Shown here: positions 1-8,608 of the stretch, one piece after another | How the letters are laid out: every line of letters begins with the position of its first letter | How positions within the stretch are numbered: position 1 is the first letter of the stretch | NCBI GenBank assembly: GCA_002787635.1 | Contig: PCXK01000007.1 | Span: 252,676 to 316,675, forward strand | Reading direction: 5' to 3' | From: Alphaproteobacteria bacterium CG11_big_fil_rev_8_21_14_0_20_39_49 | GTDB taxonomy: Bacteria; Pseudomonadota; Alphaproteobacteria; Rickettsiales; UBA6187 | DNA: 64,000 bases | Made by a program: the position numbers and the translations under genes | The notes under the pieces: generated by a model | The model's database searches: none | Seen by the model: only the letters and a program-made list of their open reading frames with translations | What the model was told of the DNA's origin: nothing

Positions 1-3
1 GAT

Positions 4-1479
4 TTGGAGATATCTTTGCAGGAACATATAGGTCAACGCACAGATGCTAACAGAGCGGGCGTATGGCCGGGACTAAGTGAGGAGGATTTTGAGCTTATCG
101 CCAAGCAGGGCTTCGGTGATGGGACAAATGCCTATGCTCATTCTATGGCTTGGTTCAAGGGTCATCTATATGTAGGTACTACCAGAGGCAATTTTGCCCT
201 GATGAGAAAAAGGCTGCCAATCGGTATGGATCCATGGCCTATCGAGTGTCCTAAAGACCCTTTTGACCTTGGGCTTAATTCCGAGATATGGCGTTATAAC
301 CCGAAGAATAAAAGCTGGAAAAAAGTTTATAGGTCTCCTGATATAAAGGGAAGTAACGGAAAAATAATACCTGAGTCTTTAGGGCATCGCGGCATGGTGG
401 TTTTTAAAGACGCATTATATGTTACTACATGGTCGCCTGCGGCGGGTCCGGGACCTTTGATACTAAGAAGTGAAGACGGGATTAATTATGATGTTACATG
501 TGAACCCGGTTTGATGGGGTTGCCTGTGACGGCTATCAGGACTATGGTAGAACATAAAGATAAGCTTTATACCACGCCTTCAGGTTCAAGAGGGGGCAAC
601 CCGAATGTTGCTTCGCATTCAATAGTTTATGAAAGTGCAGACCCTGCCGGCGGTAATTGGGTTCCTGCCAGTGACTTCGGTTTTGGTGATGCGGAAAATA
701 AAACCGTTTTTGAAATGGTTTCTTTTGGTGAATATCTGTATGTAGGTACTTTTAATCTGGAGGGTTTTCAGGTTTGGCGTTCCGATATGGAAGGGGAAAA
801 GCCGTATAAATGGGAAAAAGTAATCGAAAAAGGTGCATATAGAGGTGAAGAAAACCAGATAGCTTGCAGTATGATGCCGTTCAAAGGGGCGTTATATGTG
901 GGCAGTGCAATACAAGGCGGCGGTGTTGATACGCAAAATAAGGTAGGTCCTGCCGCATCGGAATTAATAAGGATAAATACCGATGGCAGTTGGGATTTGA
1001 TAGTGGGGACTGAGCGTGATACACCCGACGGCTACAAAAAACCTTTGTCGGGTTGGGCGGAGGGTTTTGATAACTGGTTTGCAGGCTATTTCTGGCGTAT
1101 GTGCGAGCATGACGGCTGGTTGTATCTTTCAACATTTGACTGGAGTGTAACACTGCCGTATGCAAAGCGTGAGAGTTGGCCGCAGGAATTTTGTAACGTA
1201 ATTAACAATCTGGGTAGTGAATTTATCCTTAGAAATAATGCAGGTTGCGGTGTATATAGAAGTTTCGATGGAGAAAGTTGGGTACGTGTAACAAATAACG
1301 GTATGTCAAACCCTTACAATATAGGAATAAGGACTTTTGCGTCTTCGCCATATGGTTTATTTGTAGGTACGGGGAATTTGTTCGGTCCAAAAGTATGGTC
1401 GTTTAAAGAAGAGCGTTATGTAAATAATCCGCGTGGCGGGTGTGAGGTGTTCCTCGGAAATAAGAAAAAAGCGTTTTGA
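4..1479 (+). CDS. Beta-propeller-like repeat protein of unknown function; the frame is open to the window start, so the 5' end may be truncated
   Basis: About seven recurrences of a blade-like pattern (GHLYVGT, ALYVTT, KLYTTP, YLYVGT, ALYVGS, WLYLST, GLFVGT), each followed by a W/Y-R...W..V strand. No signal peptide or RTX GGxGxD repeats seen. Lies 12 nt upstream of the next gene. Confidence 0.5.
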   Translation: MEISLQEHIGQRTDANRAGVWPGLSEEDFELIAKQGFGDGTNAYAHSMAWFKGHLYVGTTRGNFALMRKRLPIGMDPWPIECPKDPFDLGLNSEIWRYNPKNKSWKKVYRSPDIKGSNGKIIPESLGHRGMVVFKDALYVTTWSPAAGPGPLILRSEDGINYDVTCEPGLMGLPVTAIRTMVEHKDKLYTTPSGSRGGNPNVASHSIVYESADPAGGNWVPASDFGFGDAENKTVFEMVSFGEYLYVGTFNLEGFQVWRSDMEGEKPYKWEKVIEKGAYRGEENQIACSMMPFKGALYVGSAIQGGGVDTQNKVGPAASELIRINTDGSWDLIVGTERDTPDGYKKPLSGWAEGFDNWFAGYFWRMCEHDGWLYLSTFDWSVTLPYAKRESWPQEFCNVINNLGSEFILRNNAGCGVYRSFDGESWVRVTNNGMSNPYNIGIRTFASSPYGLFVGTGNLFGPKVWSFKEERYVNNPRGGCEVFLGNKKKAF

Positions 1480-1491
1480 TAAGAGGTTATA

Positions 1492-4005
1492 ATGAGAAAC
1501 CAATCGGATATACAAAATGAAGAACGTCAGGTTTTCATAATTCCGCCTGTTATCGTAAAAGATATAGGCGGGAAAAAGCTATTACTCCTGCGTGCCAAAG
1601 GTTCGGGTGAATATCATCTGGAACTGGGAGAAGATGTTATATTTAAATTAAAGGAATGGGAATACCATGCTTTGAACGCATTATTTTCATTCGGCGGTGA
1701 TAAATATGACACATTACTTGTAAACACTAATGACAGGTTCGGTCTTAGCCTTACACGGTATGATATTGACGTGTTGCTCGACAGGATAGCAAAAAGAAGG
1801 CTTTTTGATAAAGATAACGCACCTAAACACCCTCTTACCAAGCCTTTTTATGAAGGTACTGCAAAAATAGAAAATATTGCCGGTAAAACGGCAAATAATA
1901 ATTTTACTGCCGGAGTTAGAAAAAAGGTATCGGGGAATTATAATTTAAAGGAAAAGATTACTTCCGTTTATTCACGGATTAAATCTGATGCAAAAGCTTT
2001 CTTTAAAGTAAATGAACAATTTACCGATGAGATTCAAGGTGATGATGACCTAAGTGATATTCAGATAGAACCTGAGGCTGCAAATTTTTCGGTGTTATTT
2101 AATCCGATGAGGTTTTTAAGAAAACATAATTCGCTAATATCAAAGGGGCGTTATCTTCTTTACGCATTGCCGGTATTATTTATTGCTTCACTTGTGATAC
2201 TTTCCAATAACCCGCAAATGATAAGCCACGACCTGCCGAGTGCGATAAGCGGATTCGGACTTATTGCCCACATAGCTTTCGGATTGGTAACCGTCAGTGC
2301 TTTTGTAACATTTGCAACTTCTGCCGTTGCGTTTTCTTATACGGCGACGGTTAAAGCAATATCGGTAGTTTATTTTTTCGGATTTATCCCTCGTTTTATA
2401 CCTGTGATAGAAGATACGGAAAAACTTAGCCGTGAGCAAAAAATGTGGGTTCACGCAACCTCATTGCTTGCACGTTTGGGGTTATTCGGTGTTGCCGTGT
2501 TAATGTGGTATAATTCAAGGCATCTGGGTGGAGTGATATCGGAATTTTTTGCGTTTTTATCATTTACGGCAATATTGTCGTTTTTCGTTGCTGCTTGCCC
2601 GTTCTATAAAAGCAGCGGATACAGGTTCTTAGTGCAGTTACTTAACGAACCTAACCTATGGGGAAAATCGATAACGGCATTATTTAATAAGGTGAACAAA
2701 GATGTTTATTCGCCTTCGGACAATAATGTTTTAGTTGCTTATGCTATTATATGCGTCTTTTTTACGTTTGCCCTTGCTGCTGCTGTGTTTGCAATGGCAT
2801 ATCACTGGTTTGAGATGGAGATAGGTAAAAATGCTCTCTTTATCGTATTTGCTCTGGTTGTGGCGTTTTTCTTAAGGCTGTCTAAGGAAGTAAAGAAAAT
2901 TAACGAAGAATATAAGCGTAACCTGAACTTTGTGCGTTGGCGTGAAGGGGCTTTCCCGACAGTTGTAGAGGAAGTGAAAACGGACGAGGAAAAGCCCGAC
3001 TACAGAAAAAAATACCTGCTTATTGCATCGGTAGTGCTTTTGCTGGTTCCGTATAATTATCAGCCGAGCGGTCAGGTGGTGATTATGCCTATTAACCAAC
3101 AGAAGCTAAGTGCCGATATAGCCGGTATAATAGATGAGGTTTATTACGAAGGCGGAGAGTTTGTAAGGCAGGGGACTGTTATCGCTAAGTTATCAGTGCA
3201 TGATTATGCAGCACAACTGGCTATCTTGAAGGCTAAGCGTGAAGAAAAAATTGCACAGATAAACTTTCTAAAGTCTATGCCTACTCCCGAGCAGGTGGCA
3301 GTGGCGGAAGAAAAGCTTGAGCTTGCCCGTGTGAGTGCAAAATATAGTCAGGCAGAATGTAACCGTCAAAAGCCGTTGCATGATTCGGGCGGGATATCCG
3401 AATCGCAAATGGCCATTATTGAGGAACAATGTGCGATTGACCGTCAAAATATAATGATAGCCGAAGCCAATCTTAATGAAATTGCGGCAGGTGCGTCTTA
3501 TGAGGAGATAGCCGCAGCGGAACTTTCCTTGCTGCCTCTTGAAGCTGAAATAAGGCTTTATGAAGATAAAATAGAGCGTAGTCATTTTAAAATGCCGTTT
3601 GACGGTAAGCTTACAACTTTGGGCTTAAAAGAAAGGAAAGGGCAGTTCCTTGAACTTGGCTCGCCGTTGGCGTCGGCTCATGATGACAAGCAGTTAAAGG
3701 CTATTTTGAAAGTACCTGAAGATGAGCTTTCATATATTAAGGTGGGTTCTGAAGTTGATGTGAAAACTGCCGCTTATCCGGGTAAGACATTCAAAGCCGT
3801 TGTTTCGGTTATTGAGCCTGATGTTGAGGAGCATGAAGGCAAAAGAATGATAAGCATGATAATTTCATTCAACACTAATGAAAAACTGCTAAAATCCGGG
3901 CTTTCAGGTTATGCGAAAGTTGATGGCGGCACTCAAATGTTAGGCGAAGTGTTGCTTACCTCTATAATGAAATTCGTTACAGTTGAACTTTGGGCATGGA
4001 TTTAA
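1492..4005 (+). CDS. Fusion protein: soluble N-domain, polytopic membrane domain (about 8-9 TM segments) and C-terminal HlyD-family membrane-fusion (periplasmic adaptor) domain
   Basis: C-terminal about 300 aa shows the HlyD pattern: a TM anchor (LLIASVVLLLVPY), a barrel-sandwich start (GQVVIMPINQQKLSADIAGIIDEVYYEGGEFVRQGTVIAKL), long coiled-coil heptads, then a second beta region (FKMPFDGKLT...GSEVDVKTAAYPGKTFKAVVSVIEP). Residues about 220-480 are hydrophobic helices. No HExxH, Walker A or Walker B motif. Confidence 0.65.
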   Translation: MRNQSDIQNEERQVFIIPPVIVKDIGGKKLLLLRAKGSGEYHLELGEDVIFKLKEWEYHALNALFSFGGDKYDTLLVNTNDRFGLSLTRYDIDVLLDRIAKRRLFDKDNAPKHPLTKPFYEGTAKIENIAGKTANNNFTAGVRKKVSGNYNLKEKITSVYSRIKSDAKAFFKVNEQFTDEIQGDDDLSDIQIEPEAANFSVLFNPMRFLRKHNSLISKGRYLLYALPVLFIASLVILSNNPQMISHDLPSAISGFGLIAHIAFGLVTVSAFVTFATSAVAFSYTATVKAISVVYFFGFIPRFIPVIEDTEKLSREQKMWVHATSLLARLGLFGVAVLMWYNSRHLGGVISEFFAFLSFTAILSFFVAACPFYKSSGYRFLVQLLNEPNLWGKSITALFNKVNKDVYSPSDNNVLVAYAIICVFFTFALAAAVFAMAYHWFEMEIGKNALFIVFALVVAFFLRLSKEVKKINEEYKRNLNFVRWREGAFPTVVEEVKTDEEKPDYRKKYLLIASVVLLLVPYNYQPSGQVVIMPINQQKLSADIAGIIDEVYYEGGEFVRQGTVIAKLSVHDYAAQLAILKAKREEKIAQINFLKSMPTPEQVAVAEEKLELARVSAKYSQAECNRQKPLHDSGGISESQMAIIEEQCAIDRQNIMIAEANLNEIAAGASYEEIAAAELSLLPLEAEIRLYEDKIERSHFKMPFDGKLTTLGLKERKGQFLELGSPLASAHDDKQLKAILKVPEDELSYIKVGSEVDVKTAAYPGKTFKAVVSVIEPDVEEHEGKRMISMIISFNTNEKLLKSGLSGYAKVDGGTQMLGEVLLTSIMKFVTVELWAWI

Positions 4006-4008
4006 ATA

Positions 4009-5487
4009 ATGAAAAAAATAATCTATATTATAACATTCTTATTTGCAGCTACTCAATATTCTTACGGTGCAAGCCTGAAAGAAGTTCTGGACGTAGCTTT
4101 GGAAAAAGATCCGTTATTAAGTAGTGCCAGATATAAAAGCTATGCGACAAGAGGGGACAAGACAGAGGCTTGCGGAAAGCTGTTCCCGCAATTGTCGGTG
4201 GATAGTGCCTATATTGATTATAATCAGGATAAGGCAGGCTCCGTTTTGGGCAGCGGTACGGCTAATACCAACGGTGTAATTGACGGTAGCCAGACTTCGA
4301 TAGGTCTTACTTTAAACCAGACATTGCTGGATTTGAACAAGCTCGCCGATTGTAAAATGTGGCGTGCGTCGGTAAGCCGTGATGATGCAGGATATGAAAT
4401 AGCGATGGAAGAGCTTATCTATAGGGTTGTGTTGAGCTATTTGAATGTGTTGTCTGCACAAAGCGACCTAAGTTCCGCAAATAGTGAAGTTAGATTGTAT
4501 CGGGAACTTAAAAAAGAAAAAGAACACGCTTTTGAAAGGGGGGTTGTAAGTCAAAGGGAGTTTTTCTCCGTCAGTGCTAAGCATGATAATGCCATTGCAA
4601 ATAAAGAAAAGGCGGCAAATGATTTTATAACCGCAAAGGAAAGGCTAAAGAACCTTTATGATACCGATATACCGAATGAAAAGTTATTAGTTATAAAAGA
4701 CGGTGTGGTATTGAGTCTTGTTGAGGAGGCTTCGCCGGAACACTGGGCAGATGTTGCCGAGCAGTCGAATCTCGGTTTAATAAGAAGTGAGCTTTCCGAA
4801 GAAGTTTATAAGTACGGAATGAAGATGGAGCAGTCAAGGTTCCTGCCTACTGTTGACGCTTTTGCTAACCATACCGATTATGATAGCGATTTTGACAGGA
4901 ACGGCACTCTTGATAACGGTAATTTTTCAACCGAGACAATCGGTGTAAGGCTAAACTGGAAGCTATTTTCAGGCGGAAGTGATTACGGCAGAGTTAGGGC
5001 GGCAAAGAACCGTTACCTGTCGGCACAGCAGGAGGCAGCCGCACAAAGGGATATGGTGCGGATAGATGCAAAGAACTCTTCAAGAGGTTTGATTGTTTTG
5101 AAATCCAAGATAGAAGCTTCAACTACATTATTGGAAGCTGCCCGCCTTGAATTTGAAGCCGTTAAGAAAGGTAGTGAATCAAAGACTAAAACCAAGTCAG
5201 ACCTGTTAGAGGCAACCCTGAATTATCTGGACGCAAGAACGCAGCTCAATAAAGCAAGATATGATTATGTAGTGGGAGTTATGGATTTTTGGAGGTCGAT
5301 AGGTTCGTTATCGGTGCAAAGTGTCGAGCAGATAGATTCCTTATTCATCGCTCCTAAAGATGACATAATAAGAATGTCAGGTGTTTTTGAAAGTAAGACC
5401 GGTTTCAAACAGTCGGGGCAAAATGAAGATATTTTGATGGAGTTGTTGAAATCATTCGGGAACCGGATAAATGATTTTATGATATAG
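4009..5487 (+). CDS. TolC-family outer membrane channel protein
   Basis: Signal peptide (MKKIIYIITFLFAATQYSYG) followed by the typical OEP opening LKEVLDVALEKDPLL. Two-repeat helical architecture, 492 aa. Starts 3 nt after the HlyD-fusion gene. Confidence 0.8.
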   Translation: MKKIIYIITFLFAATQYSYGASLKEVLDVALEKDPLLSSARYKSYATRGDKTEACGKLFPQLSVDSAYIDYNQDKAGSVLGSGTANTNGVIDGSQTSIGLTLNQTLLDLNKLADCKMWRASVSRDDAGYEIAMEELIYRVVLSYLNVLSAQSDLSSANSEVRLYRELKKEKEHAFERGVVSQREFFSVSAKHDNAIANKEKAANDFITAKERLKNLYDTDIPNEKLLVIKDGVVLSLVEEASPEHWADVAEQSNLGLIRSELSEEVYKYGMKMEQSRFLPTVDAFANHTDYDSDFDRNGTLDNGNFSTETIGVRLNWKLFSGGSDYGRVRAAKNRYLSAQQEAAAQRDMVRIDAKNSSRGLIVLKSKIEASTTLLEAARLEFEAVKKGSESKTKTKSDLLEATLNYLDARTQLNKARYDYVVGVMDFWRSIGSLSVQSVEQIDSLFIAPKDDIIRMSGVFESKTGFKQSGQNEDILMELLKSFGNRINDFMI

Positions 5488-5565
5488 GTATTTTTTTATG
5501 TTGAATTTATAGGAGTGTTAGTAAATATAGGTTTTGTACAAATTGCAATGCAATCTTTAATTGTA

Positions 5566-5773
5566 TGTCATGCTGAACTTGTTTCAGCATCTTATTGATA
5601 GTATTTTGACTTTTCCAGAGTTAGAATTGCAATCCCCGACTTGTTCGGGGATCTGAATAAGTTTAAATGAGATCCCCCTATAATTTGCTTCGCAAATTCG
5701 GGGGATGACAGCATTGTTGAAAAGTTAATTTACTATACTCGGAAAAGACCCTGAAACAAGTTCACCGATGACA
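5566..5773. repeat. Family-A palindromic element split by a nested family-B-like element
   Basis: Left arm tgtcatgctgaacttgtttcagcatct (5566-5592) and right arm gaccctgaaacaagttcaccgatgaca (5747-5773) are 154 bp apart, against about 15-17 bp in intact 69-bp copies. The interior holds atccccgacttgttcggggat and cccctataatttgcttcgcaaattcgggggatgaca (family-B arm). Confidence 0.7.
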
Positions 5774-5808
5774 AAAAAATGAGTAAATAAAAAAGAAAGG
5801 ATAAAAAA

Positions 5809-6654
5809 ATGTTTGATGATAAAGTGGGAAATCATATTGTATGTATCGTAATGGATAGTTGCCGTTTCGATTCTTTCCTTGCTGCCAAAACCCCTAATAT
5901 AGATAAGCTGGGAGCGGTTCAAAGAAGATATTCCTATGCCAGTTGGACGGCTCCTTCACATAATACTTTTGCTATGGGGCTATTGCCTCATGCCAGCCCG
6001 ACTAAAATATTAGCATCGGAAGTATATAAGGACGAGTATATTGACTGGGAAGAAAGAACCGGTTTTGAAGGGCTTGATTTCAAGACATTCCTGCCTCATT
6101 TATCTTTGCCGAAAGTTCTGGCAGGCTTAGGTTATGAAACTATCGCAAGGGTATCAATGCCTGTGCTTAACCCTAACACCACCTTTGCCCGTGACTTTGA
6201 TGATTATAAACTTATGCCGGGTCATAATATGTTCAAGGAAATGGTAGAGGAGATTGATTTGCCTCCTGATGAGGATATTATGAATTATTATTTCCTTAAT
6301 CTTGGCGAAACACATTACCCTTACCGACTGGTTGATGAAACCCTTCCGATAATTTCCGGTGTGCATGGTGTTGTTAAAAAAATGAATAATCCGAGTACGG
6401 CTAATCAGCTTCAATGGAGCGAGTTCATTACCGATGCCAAGATGAAGATGTTAAGAGATGCACAAATAAGAAGCATTGAATATGTTGATGAACAAATAGG
6501 CATTTTATTTGATAAGGCAGACAAGGATAGGACGCATTTTATTGTTACGGCAGATCACGGAGATCTGTTCGGTGAAGATGACTTCTTCGGTCATGGTCCT
6601 ATATTCCATGAAAAAGTATTTGAAGTGCCTTTTGTCGAGGGGAAATTGAAATAG
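5809..6654 (+). CDS. Alkaline-phosphatase-superfamily metalloenzyme (nucleotide pyrophosphatase/phosphodiesterase-like or sulfatase-like)
   Basis: N-terminal metal-site-like motif IVCIVMDSCRFDSF, nucleophile-region-like SWTAPSHNTFAMGLLP, and distal metal motif VTADHGDLFGE. No sulfatase C/S-x-P-x-R formylglycine motif. Confidence 0.55.
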   Translation: MFDDKVGNHIVCIVMDSCRFDSFLAAKTPNIDKLGAVQRRYSYASWTAPSHNTFAMGLLPHASPTKILASEVYKDEYIDWEERTGFEGLDFKTFLPHLSLPKVLAGLGYETIARVSMPVLNPNTTFARDFDDYKLMPGHNMFKEMVEEIDLPPDEDIMNYYFLNLGETHYPYRLVDETLPIISGVHGVVKKMNNPSTANQLQWSEFITDAKMKMLRDAQIRSIEYVDEQIGILFDKADKDRTHFIVTADHGDLFGEDDFFGHGPIFHEKVFEVPFVEGKLK

Positions 6655-6664
6655 GTTATTTGCT

Positions 6665-7570
6665 ATGAAGCCACCACTATTTCTGCTTGCACCTCCTAGG
6701 TCATATACTTCGATAATTAACGCTATGATAGGGCAGCACCCCGAAGCTTACGGCTTGCCTGAGCTTAACCTGTTTTTTTATAATACCCTATTGGAGTTAT
6801 GGAACCCCGATAGTAAGGAAGTTCCGTTTGATAAAAAATCAACGCACGGAATGCTAAGAACGGTTGCGGAAATATTTACGGGCGAGCAGACCGACAGGTC
6901 TATCGAATGTGCAGAACACTGGTGTGCGGCAAGGCAGAATGTCCCTGTTGGTGAGGTGTTCAATGATATAAGGAGGCAGCTTGACCCGCTGATACCTGTC
7001 GATAAAAGCCCTTGGTACACACTTGATATTGAGTTTTTGATAAGAATAATAGAATCTTGCCCCGATGCAAAATTTATTCACCTTACCAGACATCCGATAA
7101 AGCAATGTGAGTCTAACCTTAGTTATGTTGATGCTACTATTGTCAAGATAATGAACTCAGTTGACTACACAAAGGATAAGGCAATTCTTGAGCCACAAAT
7201 GATCTGGCATGATATGAATATAAATATCCTGAATTTTCTGGAAAATTATGTTCCTAAAAACCAGTATATAAGAATGCGTGGTGAAGAGGTGATGGAAAAT
7301 ACCGAAGCCGAATTAGTCAAGATGTGCAGGTGGCTGGGGATACGTGACGATGCTGAGGCTATTGATGAGATGATGCACCCTGAAAGGTCGTCTTTTGCTA
7401 ATTTTGGTCCTTTAACAGCATTATTCGGTAATGATACGAATTTCTTAAAAGGTTCTAAGTTTAAAAAACACAAACCTGAATTGCCGGATCTTGATTCAAA
7501 GCTGCCATGGCGTGATGATGAGGGATTAAAGCCGCAGGTAAAAGAATTGGCACGTGAGTTCGGGTATTAG
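6665..7570 (+). CDS. Sulfotransferase family protein (PAPS-dependent)
   Basis: 5'-phosphosulfate-binding-loop-like LLAPPRSYTS near the N-terminus and a 3'-phosphate-binding-like motif HLTRHPIKQCESNLS. About 300 aa. Starts 10 nt after the preceding gene. Confidence 0.7.
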   Translation: MKPPLFLLAPPRSYTSIINAMIGQHPEAYGLPELNLFFYNTLLELWNPDSKEVPFDKKSTHGMLRTVAEIFTGEQTDRSIECAEHWCAARQNVPVGEVFNDIRRQLDPLIPVDKSPWYTLDIEFLIRIIESCPDAKFIHLTRHPIKQCESNLSYVDATIVKIMNSVDYTKDKAILEPQMIWHDMNINILNFLENYVPKNQYIRMRGEEVMENTEAELVKMCRWLGIRDDAEAIDEMMHPERSSFANFGPLTALFGNDTNFLKGSKFKKHKPELPDLDSKLPWRDDEGLKPQVKELAREFGY

Positions 7571-7573
7571 ATT

Positions 7574-8395
7574 ATGAGAAAGCATATAGGCAACATTACT
7601 ATACGTCAGTCGAAAATGGTCGAGAAAGACCCTAAGCGTGAAGAAATGCGTCAGAATCTTGTTAAGGAATACAGGTTGGAGGAGAGTAAATTAAAGGCTA
7701 TAAAAGAGCTAAAATCCATATGTAATAATGAAAATATAACGGAAGTTTTCCTGAATTTATTCGGCAAAGACGGAAAACCGCCAAAGCATATAACCATGAG
7801 GTCGATGATTGAGCAATATGAGTTATTGGACGCAAGAAGGTGGTGGTTTATTACTTTCCGTAAGGAGTTAATGGCTAAATATAAACAGCTTGACCCTGAC
7901 GGCTATAATGAAATTCTTCGCAGAGAAGAAGAACATGAGCGTTTGCGAAAAGAGAAAATGGAGCAGTCTTCTAAAGATTATATTGAAAAAAATGACAGAG
8001 TTCTAAAGCCGATAGTACAAAAAGGAATAAGGGATACTTTATTGAGGCGGCTTAATGTGCAGCTTAAGAAAAGGTCGCTAGGGCTTGATATGAGCAGTGC
8101 GGAGGTTTTGGGTAGTAAAAAAATCGAAAAAACCATGTGCTATCTGTTTACAGAATATATAAGAAATCCAAAATATAAGCTAATTACCGACCCTGTGGAA
8201 AGATGTAAAAAAATCAAAAGGGAAATACAGTGGCTTGATGCATTAATTGTTGAAGTTGAAGAAGGGCTGATAGACCTTAATGAGCTTGTCGAATCAGCCT
8301 ATATATATTTACAGAAAATATCTGCGGTAAATCATTATCCGGGTGAGTGGAGAAAAATAAGGGAAGAAAATCTGCTGCGAATGATAGTATGTTAA
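7574..8395 (+). CDS. Hypothetical K/E/R-rich, predicted helical protein; last gene of the island operon
   Basis: Long ORF starting 3 nt after the sulfotransferase stop. No recognisable motif, TM segment or signal peptide. Confidence 0.4.
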   Translation: MRKHIGNITIRQSKMVEKDPKREEMRQNLVKEYRLEESKLKAIKELKSICNNENITEVFLNLFGKDGKPPKHITMRSMIEQYELLDARRWWFITFRKELMAKYKQLDPDGYNEILRREEEHERLRKEKMEQSSKDYIEKNDRVLKPIVQKGIRDTLLRRLNVQLKKRSLGLDMSSAEVLGSKKIEKTMCYLFTEYIRNPKYKLITDPVERCKKIKREIQWLDALIVEVEEGLIDLNELVESAYIYLQKISAVNHYPGEWRKIREENLLRMIVC

Positions 8396-8608
8396 ATTTA
8401 TATTTATAGTAACGTTATACTATGGATTGACCATATAAGCCTATGCAAAAGGGTGTTTTTATTAGCAACCGGCTTAAAAAGTTCCCTCACCCGCTTGCGG
8501 GGTAGGGGTAGGGAGGGGGCAGTGGTAGTGGTCTTCTTGGTCGTTGGCACTTCAGGCAAAACATCTCATCTTGTTTACACTTATGTTTTCGCTTCTTTTG
8601 TCGTTCTT

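Noticed and set aside
4-1479. Calling the beta-propeller protein a classical T1SS (RTX) substrate
   Set aside because: No GGxGxD nonapeptide repeats or an evident C-terminal secretion signal are visible. It remains only a candidate cargo by position.
1492-4005. Calling the membrane domain of the HlyD fusion an active M50/site-2 protease
   Set aside because: No HExxH zinc motif or LDG motif is present, so only an architectural resemblance can be claimed.
5809-6654. Annotating this gene as an arylsulfatase
   Set aside because: The C/S-x-P-x-R formylglycine motif is absent. Only membership of the alkaline-phosphatase superfamily is supported.
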